DNA of 64,000 nt from NCBI GenBank assembly GCA_038152995.1, contig JAYOXT010000003.1, positions 13,941 to 77,940 of the forward strand, in the 5' to 3' direction. How positions within the stretch are numbered: the first letter of the stretch is position 1; each line of letters starts with the position of its first letter. This stretch comes from Opitutales bacterium. Lineage in GTDB: Bacteria; Verrucomicrobiota; Verrucomicrobiia; Opitutales; Seribacteraceae. The notes below the pieces were generated by a model. That model saw nothing but the letters and a program-made list of their open reading frames with translations. It ran no database searches and was not told where the DNA came from. The position numbers and the translations under genes were made by a program. Below are positions 35,645 to 44,527 of this stretch, piece after piece.

Positions 35645-36625
35645 ATGGAAGTAAGGAACCAAAATGAAGGGGAGGTAGACTCCCTGCTCGAGGTAAGCGA
35701 CCTATCCATCGGGATTAATCGATCCAATGGAGTGCTTCCACTTACCGACCGGGTATCCTTTCATTTGAACCAAGGAGAAGTGCTCGGATTAATTGGTGAG
35801 TCTGGATGCGGGAAAAGCATTACCTCCCTGGCGATCATGGGCATGCTTCCTGAGCCTGGGGGCACACGGTTATCCGGAAAGATTCAGTTTTTTGAGCAGG
35901 ATATTTTCAGCCTCGATGAACCAGGGCTTAACCAGTTACGGGGCCAAAAAATATCGATGATCTTTCAGGAACCCTTTGCGGCGATGAACCCATTGATCCG
36001 CATAGGAGATCAAATGCTCGAGATTTTTGATTATCATCCAGCCGATTATGATCATCATCAAAAAATCAGACATTTACTGGATGAAGTCGGGCTTACGGAT
36101 CATCCTAGAATCTTGCAGTCTTATCCACATGAACTGTCCGGGGGTATGCTTCAACGCATCATGATTGCGATGTCTCTGCTTTTGGATCCCGATCTGCTCA
36201 TTGCGGATGAGCCCACCACCGCCCTTGATGTTACGGTGCAGGCTCAGATCATGAACCTGATTGTGCGGTTGAAGAGGGAAAGAAAAATGTCTGTCCTTTT
36301 AATTTCGCATAATATCAGCCTGATGGCTCAATACACCGATCGAATCGCAGTGATGTATGCCGGGCAGATCGTGGAAAGCAATCATACAGAATCCTTTTTG
36401 GAAGAGCCTAAGCACCCATATTCCAAAGGCTTAATGCATGCAATTCCCACATTGGATCAACAGCAGAGAAAAATTATATCCATACCCGGTCAGGTCCCAG
36501 AACCTGGGAAATACCAGCAAGGGTGCCGATTTAAGTCCAGGTGCATACATGCCACGGATCTATGCCTGAGTGATCCGCCAGAAAAAATCATACCCAAAGA
36601 GGGGAGGTATAGATGTCATTACTAA
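35645..36625 (+). CDS. ABC transporter ATP-binding protein (oligopeptide/dipeptide D-type)
   Basis: The start is set at the ATG at 35645 ('MEVRNQNEG'), 2 nt after the permease stop. The track ORF from 35534 would overlap the permease. Walker A 'GESGCGKS', signature 'LSGGMLQR', Walker B 'LLIADEPTTALD', C-terminal oligo_HPY region 'KHPYSKGL'. Confidence 0.85.
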   Translation: MEVRNQNEGEVDSLLEVSDLSIGINRSNGVLPLTDRVSFHLNQGEVLGLIGESGCGKSITSLAIMGMLPEPGGTRLSGKIQFFEQDIFSLDEPGLNQLRGQKISMIFQEPFAAMNPLIRIGDQMLEIFDYHPADYDHHQKIRHLLDEVGLTDHPRILQSYPHELSGGMLQRIMIAMSLLLDPDLLIADEPTTALDVTVQAQIMNLIVRLKRERKMSVLLISHNISLMAQYTDRIAVMYAGQIVESNHTESFLEEPKHPYSKGLMHAIPTLDQQQRKIISIPGQVPEPGKYQQGCRFKSRCIHATDLCLSDPPEKIIPKEGRYRCHY

Positions 36626-37599
36626 AGGATCCCTCTGTTCAAACTCCGGTAATCGAGGTCAGGGATCTGTGCACTTGGTTTCCAGTGAAGCAAGGATTGT
36701 GGGGAAAGACATCTCATTACATTAAAGCGGTTGATGGTGTCAGCCTCCGGGTAAATCCAGGAGAAATCGTTGCCTTGGTGGGAGAGTCCGGCTGTGGGAA
36801 AAGTACCCTCGGGAATTCGCTGGCTGGTTTGTTACCGATTCAGGGTGGTGAGCTTTTTTATCAGGGAAATGCAGCCCTGAGAAAGAACCGTCTGCAACGA
36901 TCCGTTTTTCAAAATAAGGTGCAGGTTATTTTTCAGGATCCCTATTCCTGTCTCAATCCCAAACACACCGTATATGAGATTCTCTCCTTTCCCTTGCTCT
37001 ATCACAAAATTTGTAATCGTTCAGAGGTAAAGGATATGATTGCCCACCTGCTCCAGCAGGTGGGGATGCCACCCGATTACATGAATCGCTACCCCCACTC
37101 TTTTAGCGGAGGGCAGCGCCAAAGGATATCGATTGCCCGGGCAATTGGGATGAAACCAGATTTAATGATCTGCGATGAAATCGTTTCCTCTCTCGATGTA
37201 TCGATTCAGGCACAAATGGTGGAACTTCTTCTCGAATTGAGAAAAGAGCTAGGCTTGGCCCTGCTGTTTATTGCTCATGACTTGTCCTTGGTAAAAACCT
37301 TATCGGACCGGCTCTATGTGATGTATCTCGGTAAAATTGTGGAGTCTGGGAGTACAGAATATGTCTTATCTCACCCCCGCCACCCCTACACCCGTGTCCT
37401 GATCGAGGCCGTACCGACGCTCGATCGAAGTAAACCCCCGGCCATCCTTGAGGGTGAAGTCCCCTCCTTTACTAATATGCCCGTGGGTTGCAGTTTTCAA
37501 AACCGTTGCCTCCATCGTTCCGATCAATGCCAGCAAATGCCAGGCATTACCGAAAAGCAGGGAAGGGAAGTGCGCTGTTTTCATCCTCTGGATAAATAA
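36613..37599 (+). CDS. ABC transporter ATP-binding protein (oligopeptide/dipeptide F-type)
   Basis: 'GESGCGKSTLG', 'FSGGQRQRISIARA', 'LMICDEIVSSLD', 'HPYTRVLIEAVP'. Confidence 0.85.
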   Translation: MSLLKDPSVQTPVIEVRDLCTWFPVKQGLWGKTSHYIKAVDGVSLRVNPGEIVALVGESGCGKSTLGNSLAGLLPIQGGELFYQGNAALRKNRLQRSVFQNKVQVIFQDPYSCLNPKHTVYEILSFPLLYHKICNRSEVKDMIAHLLQQVGMPPDYMNRYPHSFSGGQRQRISIARAIGMKPDLMICDEIVSSLDVSIQAQMVELLLELRKELGLALLFIAHDLSLVKTLSDRLYVMYLGKIVESGSTEYVLSHPRHPYTRVLIEAVPTLDRSKPPAILEGEVPSFTNMPVGCSFQNRCLHRSDQCQQMPGITEKQGREVRCFHPLDK

Positions 37600-37716
37600 A
37601 AAATGGCACACCTGGTTCATCGGTTGTCTTTTCAAGTCGGGTAAGTGGGTTATATTTTCTCACGTGCGCAACTAAGGGTTGTAACCATGCCCCTTTCGAT
37701 GTCTTTAGAATAAGGC

Positions 37717-37962
37717 GTGAAGGTAACGGTATTTGTTTCCCCCAAAACCACAGTTTTGGACCCCCAGGGCGCGGCAGTTCAGCAAGCGATTAAAAGCTTG
37801 GGCTACCATTCAATCGAAGGAGTGCGCGTCGGCAAGACGGTGACCTTTGAAATGGAGGGTTCCGACACTCCAGAAATCCGAGAGGAGATCGATCGGCTTT
37901 GCGACGGGTTGCTAAGCAATCCAGTCATCGAAGATTATCGATTCGAGATCTCTGCGGAGTGA
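37717..37962 (+). CDS. purS: Phosphoribosylformylglycinamidine synthase subunit PurS
   Basis: 81 aa, GTG start. 'KVTVFVSPKTTVLDPQGAAVQQAIKSLGY...NPVIEDYRFEI'. Confidence 0.85.
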   Translation: MKVTVFVSPKTTVLDPQGAAVQQAIKSLGYHSIEGVRVGKTVTFEMEGSDTPEIREEIDRLCDGLLSNPVIEDYRFEISAE

Positions 37963-38798
37963 AGATCTTCCGTCACCTCGACCAAGCCGGGAAAATGGGC
38001 TTTGGTCGGTTCGATGAGGAAGGCCGGACCTTTCTGATCGTCCATAAACCGGATGGGTCCTTTGAGGCGACCGATCAGGCAATCACCCCTTTTCAACTCC
38101 TCACCCCCATAGACTTTCGCTGCATCTATGCAGTGGGTCATAATTACCGGGCTCATGCAAAGGAGACCGGTGCGGAGATTCCGAAGCATCCGATGATTTT
38201 TATGAAGGCACCCACCACCGTGCAAAACCCGGGAGATCCCATCGTGATCCCGAGGTTTCTTCGCAGTGATAAGGTGGACTACGAGGGAGAGCTTGGAGTG
38301 GTCATTGGCAGACCCTGTAAAAATGTCTCTCCAGAAGAAGCCTTATCCTATGTGCTAGGGTTTGTCGCAGCCAATGATGTAAGTGCGCGGGATTGGCAGA
38401 AAGAAAAAGGGGGAGGCCAATTTTGCCGGGGAAAAAGCTTTGATACTTTTTGTCCGGTCGGTCCCTGCCTGGTGACCATCGATGAATTGCCTGACCCTTC
38501 GAATCTTACTCTGCGTACTTATGTAAATGAAGATAAGATGCAGGACTCTTCCACTTCAGACATGATTTTTGATGTACCCACACTGATCTCCTTTCTAAGC
38601 GGCAGTACCACTCTGCTTCCCGGCACTCTCATATTAACGGGCACCCCCAGTGGGGTGGGGGAAGCACGGGATCCCAAAAGGTTCCTGGTTCCTGGAGACG
38701 AGGTGACGGTGGAGATCGAAGGGATTGGTCTGTTAACCAATCCCGTTGTGGAAGAAGTTTTTGGGGATGAACCATCCAAGGAGGAAAAAAAATCGTGA
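37959..38798 (+). CDS. Fumarylacetoacetate hydrolase (FAH) family protein
   Basis: 'HPMIFMKAPTTVQNPGDPIVIP...VDYEGELGVVIG', 'ANDVSARDWQ', 'GKSFDTFCPVGP', 'LPGTLILTGTPSGVG'. The GTG at 37959 overlaps the purS stop (GTGA). Its own stop overlaps the purQ GTG start (GTGA). Confidence 0.8.
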   Translation: MKIFRHLDQAGKMGFGRFDEEGRTFLIVHKPDGSFEATDQAITPFQLLTPIDFRCIYAVGHNYRAHAKETGAEIPKHPMIFMKAPTTVQNPGDPIVIPRFLRSDKVDYEGELGVVIGRPCKNVSPEEALSYVLGFVAANDVSARDWQKEKGGGQFCRGKSFDTFCPVGPCLVTIDELPDPSNLTLRTYVNEDKMQDSSTSDMIFDVPTLISFLSGSTTLLPGTLILTGTPSGVGEARDPKRFLVPGDEVTVEIEGIGLLTNPVVEEVFGDEPSKEEKKS

Positions 38799-39481
38799 AG
38801 GTAGCTATTATTCAATTTCCGGGGTCCAATTGTGATTGGGATGCGGAACACTCAGTTAAGGATGTAATCGGTCTGTCCGCCGGGAGAGTCTGGCACAAAG
38901 ACAAACTGCCAGAAGAGGTGGAAGCAGTCATTGTACCTGGCGGGTTTTCCTTTGGGGATTATTTGCGCTGTGGTGCGATTGCCCGCTTTTCCCCGATCAT
39001 GAGCGACCTGAAACGCTTTGCCGAGCAGGGTGGCCAGGTACTGGGCATCTGCAATGGATTTCAAATCCTCTGCGAATCGGGCCTCCTGCCAGGGGCATTA
39101 GTCCGCAATAACTGCATGGAATTTCGCTGCATCAACCAAGCTCTTAAGGTGGAAAATTCAAACGACCGATTTAACCGGGAGGTCTTGGGCGATCACCTCT
39201 CCTTACCCATTGCACATGGAGAAGGAAACTACCGGGCCGATGATTCCGTGTTGGCCGATTTGGAGGCGAACCAACAGGTATTACTCCGCTACCAACCCAA
39301 CCCCAATGGCTCCCTCAACGATATTGCCGGTATCCGCAACCGGGCTGGGAATGTCTATGGGATGATGCCCCATCCGGAGCGTGCGGTGGAAGACCACCAT
39401 CCCTGCATGGATGGTCTTCCGGTTCTTCGTGCCTTCCTTCAACCCCTTCTTCATTCTTCCCCAGTCGAACTTTCTGCTTAG
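38795..39481 (+). CDS. purQ: Phosphoribosylformylglycinamidine synthase subunit PurQ (glutaminase)
   Basis: 'KVAIIQFPGSNCDWD', 'GGFSFGDYLR', catalytic 'GICNGFQIL', 'MPHPER'. Confidence 0.9.
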   Translation: MKVAIIQFPGSNCDWDAEHSVKDVIGLSAGRVWHKDKLPEEVEAVIVPGGFSFGDYLRCGAIARFSPIMSDLKRFAEQGGQVLGICNGFQILCESGLLPGALVRNNCMEFRCINQALKVENSNDRFNREVLGDHLSLPIAHGEGNYRADDSVLADLEANQQVLLRYQPNPNGSLNDIAGIRNRAGNVYGMMPHPERAVEDHHPCMDGLPVLRAFLQPLLHSSPVELSA

Positions 39482-39483
39482 TT

Positions 39484-41796
39484 ATGGAAACCACAGCCGC
39501 CCCCCTTCCACCCAACCCCGATCCCTGTTTAAATGTAGAAATCACCCCTGAGCTTGTTGCTCAGCATGGACTACTGCCCGAGGAATATGATCAAATCCTG
39601 AAGATCCTTGGACGCACGCCCAACCTTACGGAGTTGGGGATTTTCTCGGTGATGTGGTCGGAGCATTGTGCTTATAAGAATACCCGGAAGCTGCTGAAAT
39701 TATTCCCCACCGAGAAAAAAGATAAAAATGCCATTGGGCAGGTTTTGGTCAAAGCAGGCGAGGAAAATGCTGGAGTGATCGATGTCGGTGAGGGCTGGGG
39801 TGTTGCCTTTAAGATCGAGTCCCACAATCACCCCAGTGCGATTGAACCCTTTGAAGGGGCTGCTACCGGAGTGGGGGGCATTGTTCGCGATATTTTCACC
39901 ATGGGTGCACGCCCCGTTTTACTCACCAATTCCTTGCGCTTTGGCTCCCTCGAGTCCAGCCAGGTCAAACGCCTATTCCGCGGAGTGGTCAGTGGGATTT
40001 CCCACTACGGCAATTGTCTCGGTATCCCTAATATGGGGGGAGATGTGTATTTTGATGACTGCTACGAGGGCAACCCGTTGGTTAATGCCCTGTGTGCAGG
40101 GATTCTCCGTCACGAGGAGATTCAGAGGGGGGCAGCCACCGGTGTGGGGAATCCAGTTTATTATGTGGGTCCAGGCACGGGTCGTGACGGCCTAGGTGGG
40201 GCCAGTTTTGCTTCCCGTGAATTAACCGAGGAAAGTGCGGAGGATCGACCAGCTGTACAAAAAGGAGATCCGTTTATGGAAAAACTCCTTCTCGAAGCCT
40301 GCCTGGAAATGATGTCTATTCCCGGTCTGGTTGTGGGTATTCAGGATATGGGTGCAGCTGGGCTAACCTGCTCGACCTGTGAGACCGCATCGCGTGGAGA
40401 TTCTGGAATCGAAATCGATCTCGACCTCGTGCCTCAGCGCGAAACTGGAATGAATTCTTATGAAATTATGCTCTCGGAGAGCCAGGAGCGTATGTTGGTG
40501 ATCGTGGCCAAGGGGCGTGAGCGTGAACTCGAGGAAGTATTCGAGAAATGGGATCTGCACGCCGCCCATATTGGTGAAGTCAAAGAAGGGGATCGTATGG
40601 TAGTTCGCCACAAGGGTGTGGTGGTGGCGGATTTACCTGCGAAATCCCTGACCGATGAGGCACCGGTTTATGATCAACCCACCAGTGAACCTGCTCACTT
40701 GGCAGAAGCTCGTAATTGGAAAGTCGATTCCATTCCTCAATTGCAAACTGGGGGTGTAGAGGAGGCACTGCTCGGTTTGCTGACCCATCCCACCATCGCA
40801 TCGAAGAGATGGGTATGGCAGCAGTATGATCATATGGTGATGTCTGGGTGTAAGGTCGAGCCAGGCAGTGATGCCGGAGTGGTTAAGCTGAGCATTGCCG
40901 GGATTAATAAATTCCTCGCCATTGCCAACGATTGTAACAACCGGTTTTGTTATCTCGACCCCTATGCTGGTGCTCAAATTGCCTTTGCAGAGTGTATGCG
41001 TAACCTGGCATGCTCTGGTGCCCGTGCCCTTGCAGTCACCGATAACCTAAATTTTGGGAATCCCAATAAGCCCGAAGCTTATCACATGCTTAAGCATTGT
41101 GTGACCGGGTTAGCGGATGCCTGTTCCTATTTTGATGTTCCTGTGGTGGGTGGAAATGTCAGCTTGTATAACGAACACGGAGAGGGTGCGATTGATCCCA
41201 CTCCTGTGGTATCCATGGTTGGGTTGATTGATCAATCCGACCATGTGACCCGTAGTGCGGTTCAACAAACTGGGGTCGAACTCTTATTGCTTGGGGGGTT
41301 ACCTCATGAACTGGGAGGTAGTTATTTCTTACAAACTCAGTACGGCAAGAAAGAAGGGACTTGTCCATCGGTGGATTTGGCCGCAGAGAAATCTCTGCAG
41401 GATTTCCTCATCGCTCAAATCGAGGATGGTAAGATTCATGCCGCTCATGATATCTCGGAAGGTGGTTTGTTGGTTTGTATAGCTGAGATGCTCTTCGATA
41501 AAGAAGGCCTGGGGGCAAACATTTCCTTGGGTGAGCTTGGTCAGTCGGGCCGTTTGGATGCTTTATTATTTGGAGAAAGCCAGGCGAGGGCAGTGGTGGC
41601 AGTCCGTTCTGAAGATGTAGAAAGAATTACGGAAGAAGCACAAAAATCGAACCTGCCCATGCATAAGTTAGGACAGATCAATGATTCTGACCAATTGAAC
41701 ATAGAAATTGCGGGTGATTCTGTTCTAAGTGCCAAGGTTTCGGTCTTGAAGGATGCTTGGGAAAGTGCGATTCCTAAACACATGGATCATTCCTAG
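39484..41796 (+). CDS. purL: Phosphoribosylformylglycinamidine synthase subunit PurL
   Basis: 'SEHCAYKNTR', 'FKIESHNHPSAIEPFEGAATGVGGIVRD', 'GNPVYYVGPGTGRDGLGGASFAS', 'SESQERML', 'GGNVSLYNE'. Confidence 0.9.
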   Translation: METTAAPLPPNPDPCLNVEITPELVAQHGLLPEEYDQILKILGRTPNLTELGIFSVMWSEHCAYKNTRKLLKLFPTEKKDKNAIGQVLVKAGEENAGVIDVGEGWGVAFKIESHNHPSAIEPFEGAATGVGGIVRDIFTMGARPVLLTNSLRFGSLESSQVKRLFRGVVSGISHYGNCLGIPNMGGDVYFDDCYEGNPLVNALCAGILRHEEIQRGAATGVGNPVYYVGPGTGRDGLGGASFASRELTEESAEDRPAVQKGDPFMEKLLLEACLEMMSIPGLVVGIQDMGAAGLTCSTCETASRGDSGIEIDLDLVPQRETGMNSYEIMLSESQERMLVIVAKGRERELEEVFEKWDLHAAHIGEVKEGDRMVVRHKGVVVADLPAKSLTDEAPVYDQPTSEPAHLAEARNWKVDSIPQLQTGGVEEALLGLLTHPTIASKRWVWQQYDHMVMSGCKVEPGSDAGVVKLSIAGINKFLAIANDCNNRFCYLDPYAGAQIAFAECMRNLACSGARALAVTDNLNFGNPNKPEAYHMLKHCVTGLADACSYFDVPVVGGNVSLYNEHGEGAIDPTPVVSMVGLIDQSDHVTRSAVQQTGVELLLLGGLPHELGGSYFLQTQYGKKEGTCPSVDLAAEKSLQDFLIAQIEDGKIHAAHDISEGGLLVCIAEMLFDKEGLGANISLGELGQSGRLDALLFGESQARAVVAVRSEDVERITEEAQKSNLPMHKLGQINDSDQLNIEIAGDSVLSAKVSVLKDAWESAIPKHMDHS

Positions 41797-41822
41797 CCCT
41801 TGCATATCCAGGATATTTTTAA

Positions 41823-43742
41823 ATGAGTGACGAAATCGGACATCATTGTGGGATCGCTATGATCCGGCTGAAAAAGTCACTATCCTACTTCAACGAAAAA
41901 TACGGCACCCCACTCTGGGCATTCAATCAGCTTTTTCTATTGATGGAAAAGCAGCACAACCGTGGGCAGGATGGAGCGGGTATTGGTTCGATGAAACTGG
42001 ATATGCCAGTTGGGGAATCCTTCATGTTTCGGGAGCGCAGCACCAGTAGCAAAGCCTTGGCCAAAATTTTTGGTGCCCAGCACAAAGCCCTGGGGAAAAT
42101 GGTGAAAAAAGGTCGTGCATTTTATGAGTTTCCCGAAACCATTAAACAAAACTTTGAATATGGTGGGGAAATCCTCTTGGGCCATTTGCGCTATGGTACT
42201 TCAGGAGAATATGGTTCCAATACCTGCCATCCTTATTTTCGTAAAAGTAACTGGCCGAGTAAAAACCTCATGATTGCCGGAAATTTCAATCTTACCAATG
42301 TGGAGGAATTGAATAAGCAGTTGGTTCAGCGTGGTCAGCACCCGGTTTTCGATACCGATACGCAGGCAATTTTGGAGGAGTCTGGATATCACCTCGATTG
42401 TGCAGTGGATGAATTGGCTAGAAAAGCTTCTACCGAAGGGGTGGAAGGAGAGGAGCATACCCGTTGGATTGCCGATCAAATTAATCCCGTTTCTATTTTT
42501 CGGGAAGCGTCCAAAAATTGGGACGGCGGTTATGCACTGGCTGGGATTTTAGGCACGGGAGATTGTTTTGCGATGCGCGATCCCGATGGGATTCGTCCGG
42601 GGTATTACTTTGAGGACGACGAGGTATTTGCGGTCGCATCTGAGCGGGCCCCCTTGATGACAGTTTTTGATAAAGGAGTGGATGAGATCTCGGAAATTCA
42701 GCCAGGGGGTATACTGGTGATGCGACCAAATGGAACTTTGATCGAAGACCAATTTATTGAATCCCCCAAAAAGACTTCCGGCTGCTCGTTCGAGCGCATT
42801 TATTTTTCCCGTGGAAATGACCCCGATATTTATGCCGAGCGAAAAACTCTGGGTGCCCTGCTTGTTCCTCAAGTTGTCCAGTCGGTAGGCAGCGATTTTT
42901 CCAAAAGTGTATTCAGTTATGTACCCAATACGGCTGAGAGTGCATATTATGGGTTCATGGAGCAATTGCGCCTGGTTCGTCGGGCCGAGGTAAAGCAAAG
43001 ATTGATTGATGCCCGCCAATCGGGTGAGTTAACCGATGCCCTGATTGATGAACTGGTGATGGATAATTGGCCCAAGGGCGAAAAAATTGCCAATAAGGAT
43101 ATCAAGCTGCGCACTTTTATCAGCCAAGAATCTGGACGTGCCCAACTGGTTTCCCATGTCTACGATATTACTTATGGGGTCGTGCGAGAAGGGCATGATG
43201 CATTGGTATGTATTGATGATTCGATTGTTCGTGGAACCACTCTTAAGAAAAGCATCCTCAAAATTCTGGGCCGGTCCAAGCCAAGAAAGTTGGTAATTAC
43301 ATCGACTGCTCCCCAAATACGCTACCCCGACTGTTATGGGATCGATATGTCCGAGTTGGGCAAATTTATCGCCTTTCAGGCGGCGGTGTCCTTGATTCAG
43401 GACCATGGATACCGGGGTCTGCTCAAAGAAGTGGCTGAGCAGTGTAAGGAGGCCCTCAACGCTGAGGTTTCCAAACCGGTTAATCATGTAAAACGGGTCT
43501 ACGAGAATTTCTCGGTCGATCAAATATCCGAGCGTGTTGCAGAGCTTGTTGCTCCTGAATCCTTGAAAGAGAAAACTAAAGTGGAGATTCTTTATCAAAG
43601 CGTGGAGAATTTGCATGAGGCTTTACCGGATCATCCAGGGGACTGGTATTTCACCGGAGATTATCCAACACCAGGCGGATATCGGGTTGCTCACAAAGCA
43701 TTTCTCAACTTTTACGAGAACAAGGATGGGCGTAGTTATTGA
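41823..43742 (+). CDS. purF: Amidophosphoribosyltransferase, long (~630 aa) form
   Basis: N-terminal nucleophile context 'HHCGIAMI'. 'HNRGQDGAGIG', 'GHLRYGTSG', PRPP-binding 'LVCIDDSIVRGTT'. Follows purL in the same direction. Confidence 0.75.
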   Translation: MSDEIGHHCGIAMIRLKKSLSYFNEKYGTPLWAFNQLFLLMEKQHNRGQDGAGIGSMKLDMPVGESFMFRERSTSSKALAKIFGAQHKALGKMVKKGRAFYEFPETIKQNFEYGGEILLGHLRYGTSGEYGSNTCHPYFRKSNWPSKNLMIAGNFNLTNVEELNKQLVQRGQHPVFDTDTQAILEESGYHLDCAVDELARKASTEGVEGEEHTRWIADQINPVSIFREASKNWDGGYALAGILGTGDCFAMRDPDGIRPGYYFEDDEVFAVASERAPLMTVFDKGVDEISEIQPGGILVMRPNGTLIEDQFIESPKKTSGCSFERIYFSRGNDPDIYAERKTLGALLVPQVVQSVGSDFSKSVFSYVPNTAESAYYGFMEQLRLVRRAEVKQRLIDARQSGELTDALIDELVMDNWPKGEKIANKDIKLRTFISQESGRAQLVSHVYDITYGVVREGHDALVCIDDSIVRGTTLKKSILKILGRSKPRKLVITSTAPQIRYPDCYGIDMSELGKFIAFQAAVSLIQDHGYRGLLKEVAEQCKEALNAEVSKPVNHVKRVYENFSVDQISERVAELVAPESLKEKTKVEILYQSVENLHEALPDHPGDWYFTGDYPTPGGYRVAHKAFLNFYENKDGRSY

Positions 43743-43793
43743 TCGGTTACACGACCGTTGAATGACTGAAGCACAAAAAGAGCAAAAAAATCT

Positions 43794-43824
43794 TTGACGT
43801 ACCTACTCACTCCGCAGTTATAGT
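43794..43824 (+). promoter_or_regulatory. Candidate sigma70-like promoter for the HNH gene
   Basis: 'ttgacg' (43794-43799), a 19-nt spacer, then 'tatagt' (43819-43824), 9 nt before the ATG. The spacer is longer than optimal. Confidence 0.2.
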
Positions 43825-43832
43825 CAGGGTGG

Positions 43833-44432
43833 ATGGATACAGGATATCAAACCCTCGTACTTAATCGTTTATGGCAACCGGTTAATGTGGTCGGTTTTGA
43901 GCGGGCCTTCAGTTTGCTCTCCCTGGATCATGCCCAAGTCATTTATGCAGAGGATGAAAGTTTTCGGGTATTTGATTCGATCGCCTGGTTTGAATTTTGT
44001 CGGAGTTCTGAAGGTTCCAGGGGTGCCAGGATTGTGCACACGGTAAACCAGTCCGTCATTGTCCCAAGTGTACTGCTCCTTCGTGGATACGATCGGATTT
44101 TGCTTCAGGATATGAAGTTTAACCGGCAAAACTTATTGGAACGCGACGATTTCAGGTGCCAGTACTGCGGTAAAGTCTTTGCTCCCAAAGAATTGAATAT
44201 GGATCATGTTCTCCCCAGAGACCGGGGGGGGGGGACCTCCTGGGAAAATGTGGTTACTTCCTGCATCCGTTGCAATAGTCGAAAAAGCAACCGCTTACCC
44301 AATGAAGCAGGTATGAAACTATTGAAAGAACCCAAGCGTCCTGCCCGCCGACCCTTTGTCAGTTCCTTGTACGGAAAACCAGTCGAAAAAACATGGGAAC
44401 ATTTTTTGCAGGCGAAAAATAACCCAGTTTAA
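43833..44432 (+). CDS. HNH endonuclease (COG1403-type, ~200 aa)
   Basis: 'CQYCGKVFAPKELNMDHVLPRDRGGGTSWENVVTSCIRCNSRKSNR' (CxxC...DH...N...CxxCN HNH/zinc motif). Confidence 0.85.
   Translation: MDTGYQTLVLNRLWQPVNVVGFERAFSLLSLDHAQVIYAEDESFRVFDSIAWFEFCRSSEGSRGARIVHTVNQSVIVPSVLLLRGYDRILLQDMKFNRQNLLERDDFRCQYCGKVFAPKELNMDHVLPRDRGGGTSWENVVTSCIRCNSRKSNRLPNEAGMKLLKEPKRPARRPFVSSLYGKPVEKTWEHFLQAKNNPV
44224..44234 (+). repeat. G11 homopolymer inside the HNH catalytic motif coding region
   Basis: 'gaccgggggggggggacc' encodes 'DRGGGT'. It is the longest homopolymer I found in the window. Other G/C runs are <=8. Confidence 0.9.
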
Positions 44433-44527
44433 TTTAAGGCCCCGGTTCTTGTGGGTCCAAATTTCAATCAAGCTTACAAACTTTTCCTCCCTCGCATCTT
44501 TACCAAAAGTATTTTATTTCTTGGGCA

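Noticed and set aside
37600-37716. Possible purine or ZTP riboswitch upstream of purS
   Set aside because: No recognisable conserved cores (e.g. the ZTP 'CCGGGCG...CCGCCUGGGC' type) were seen. Needs an Infernal scan to exclude formally.
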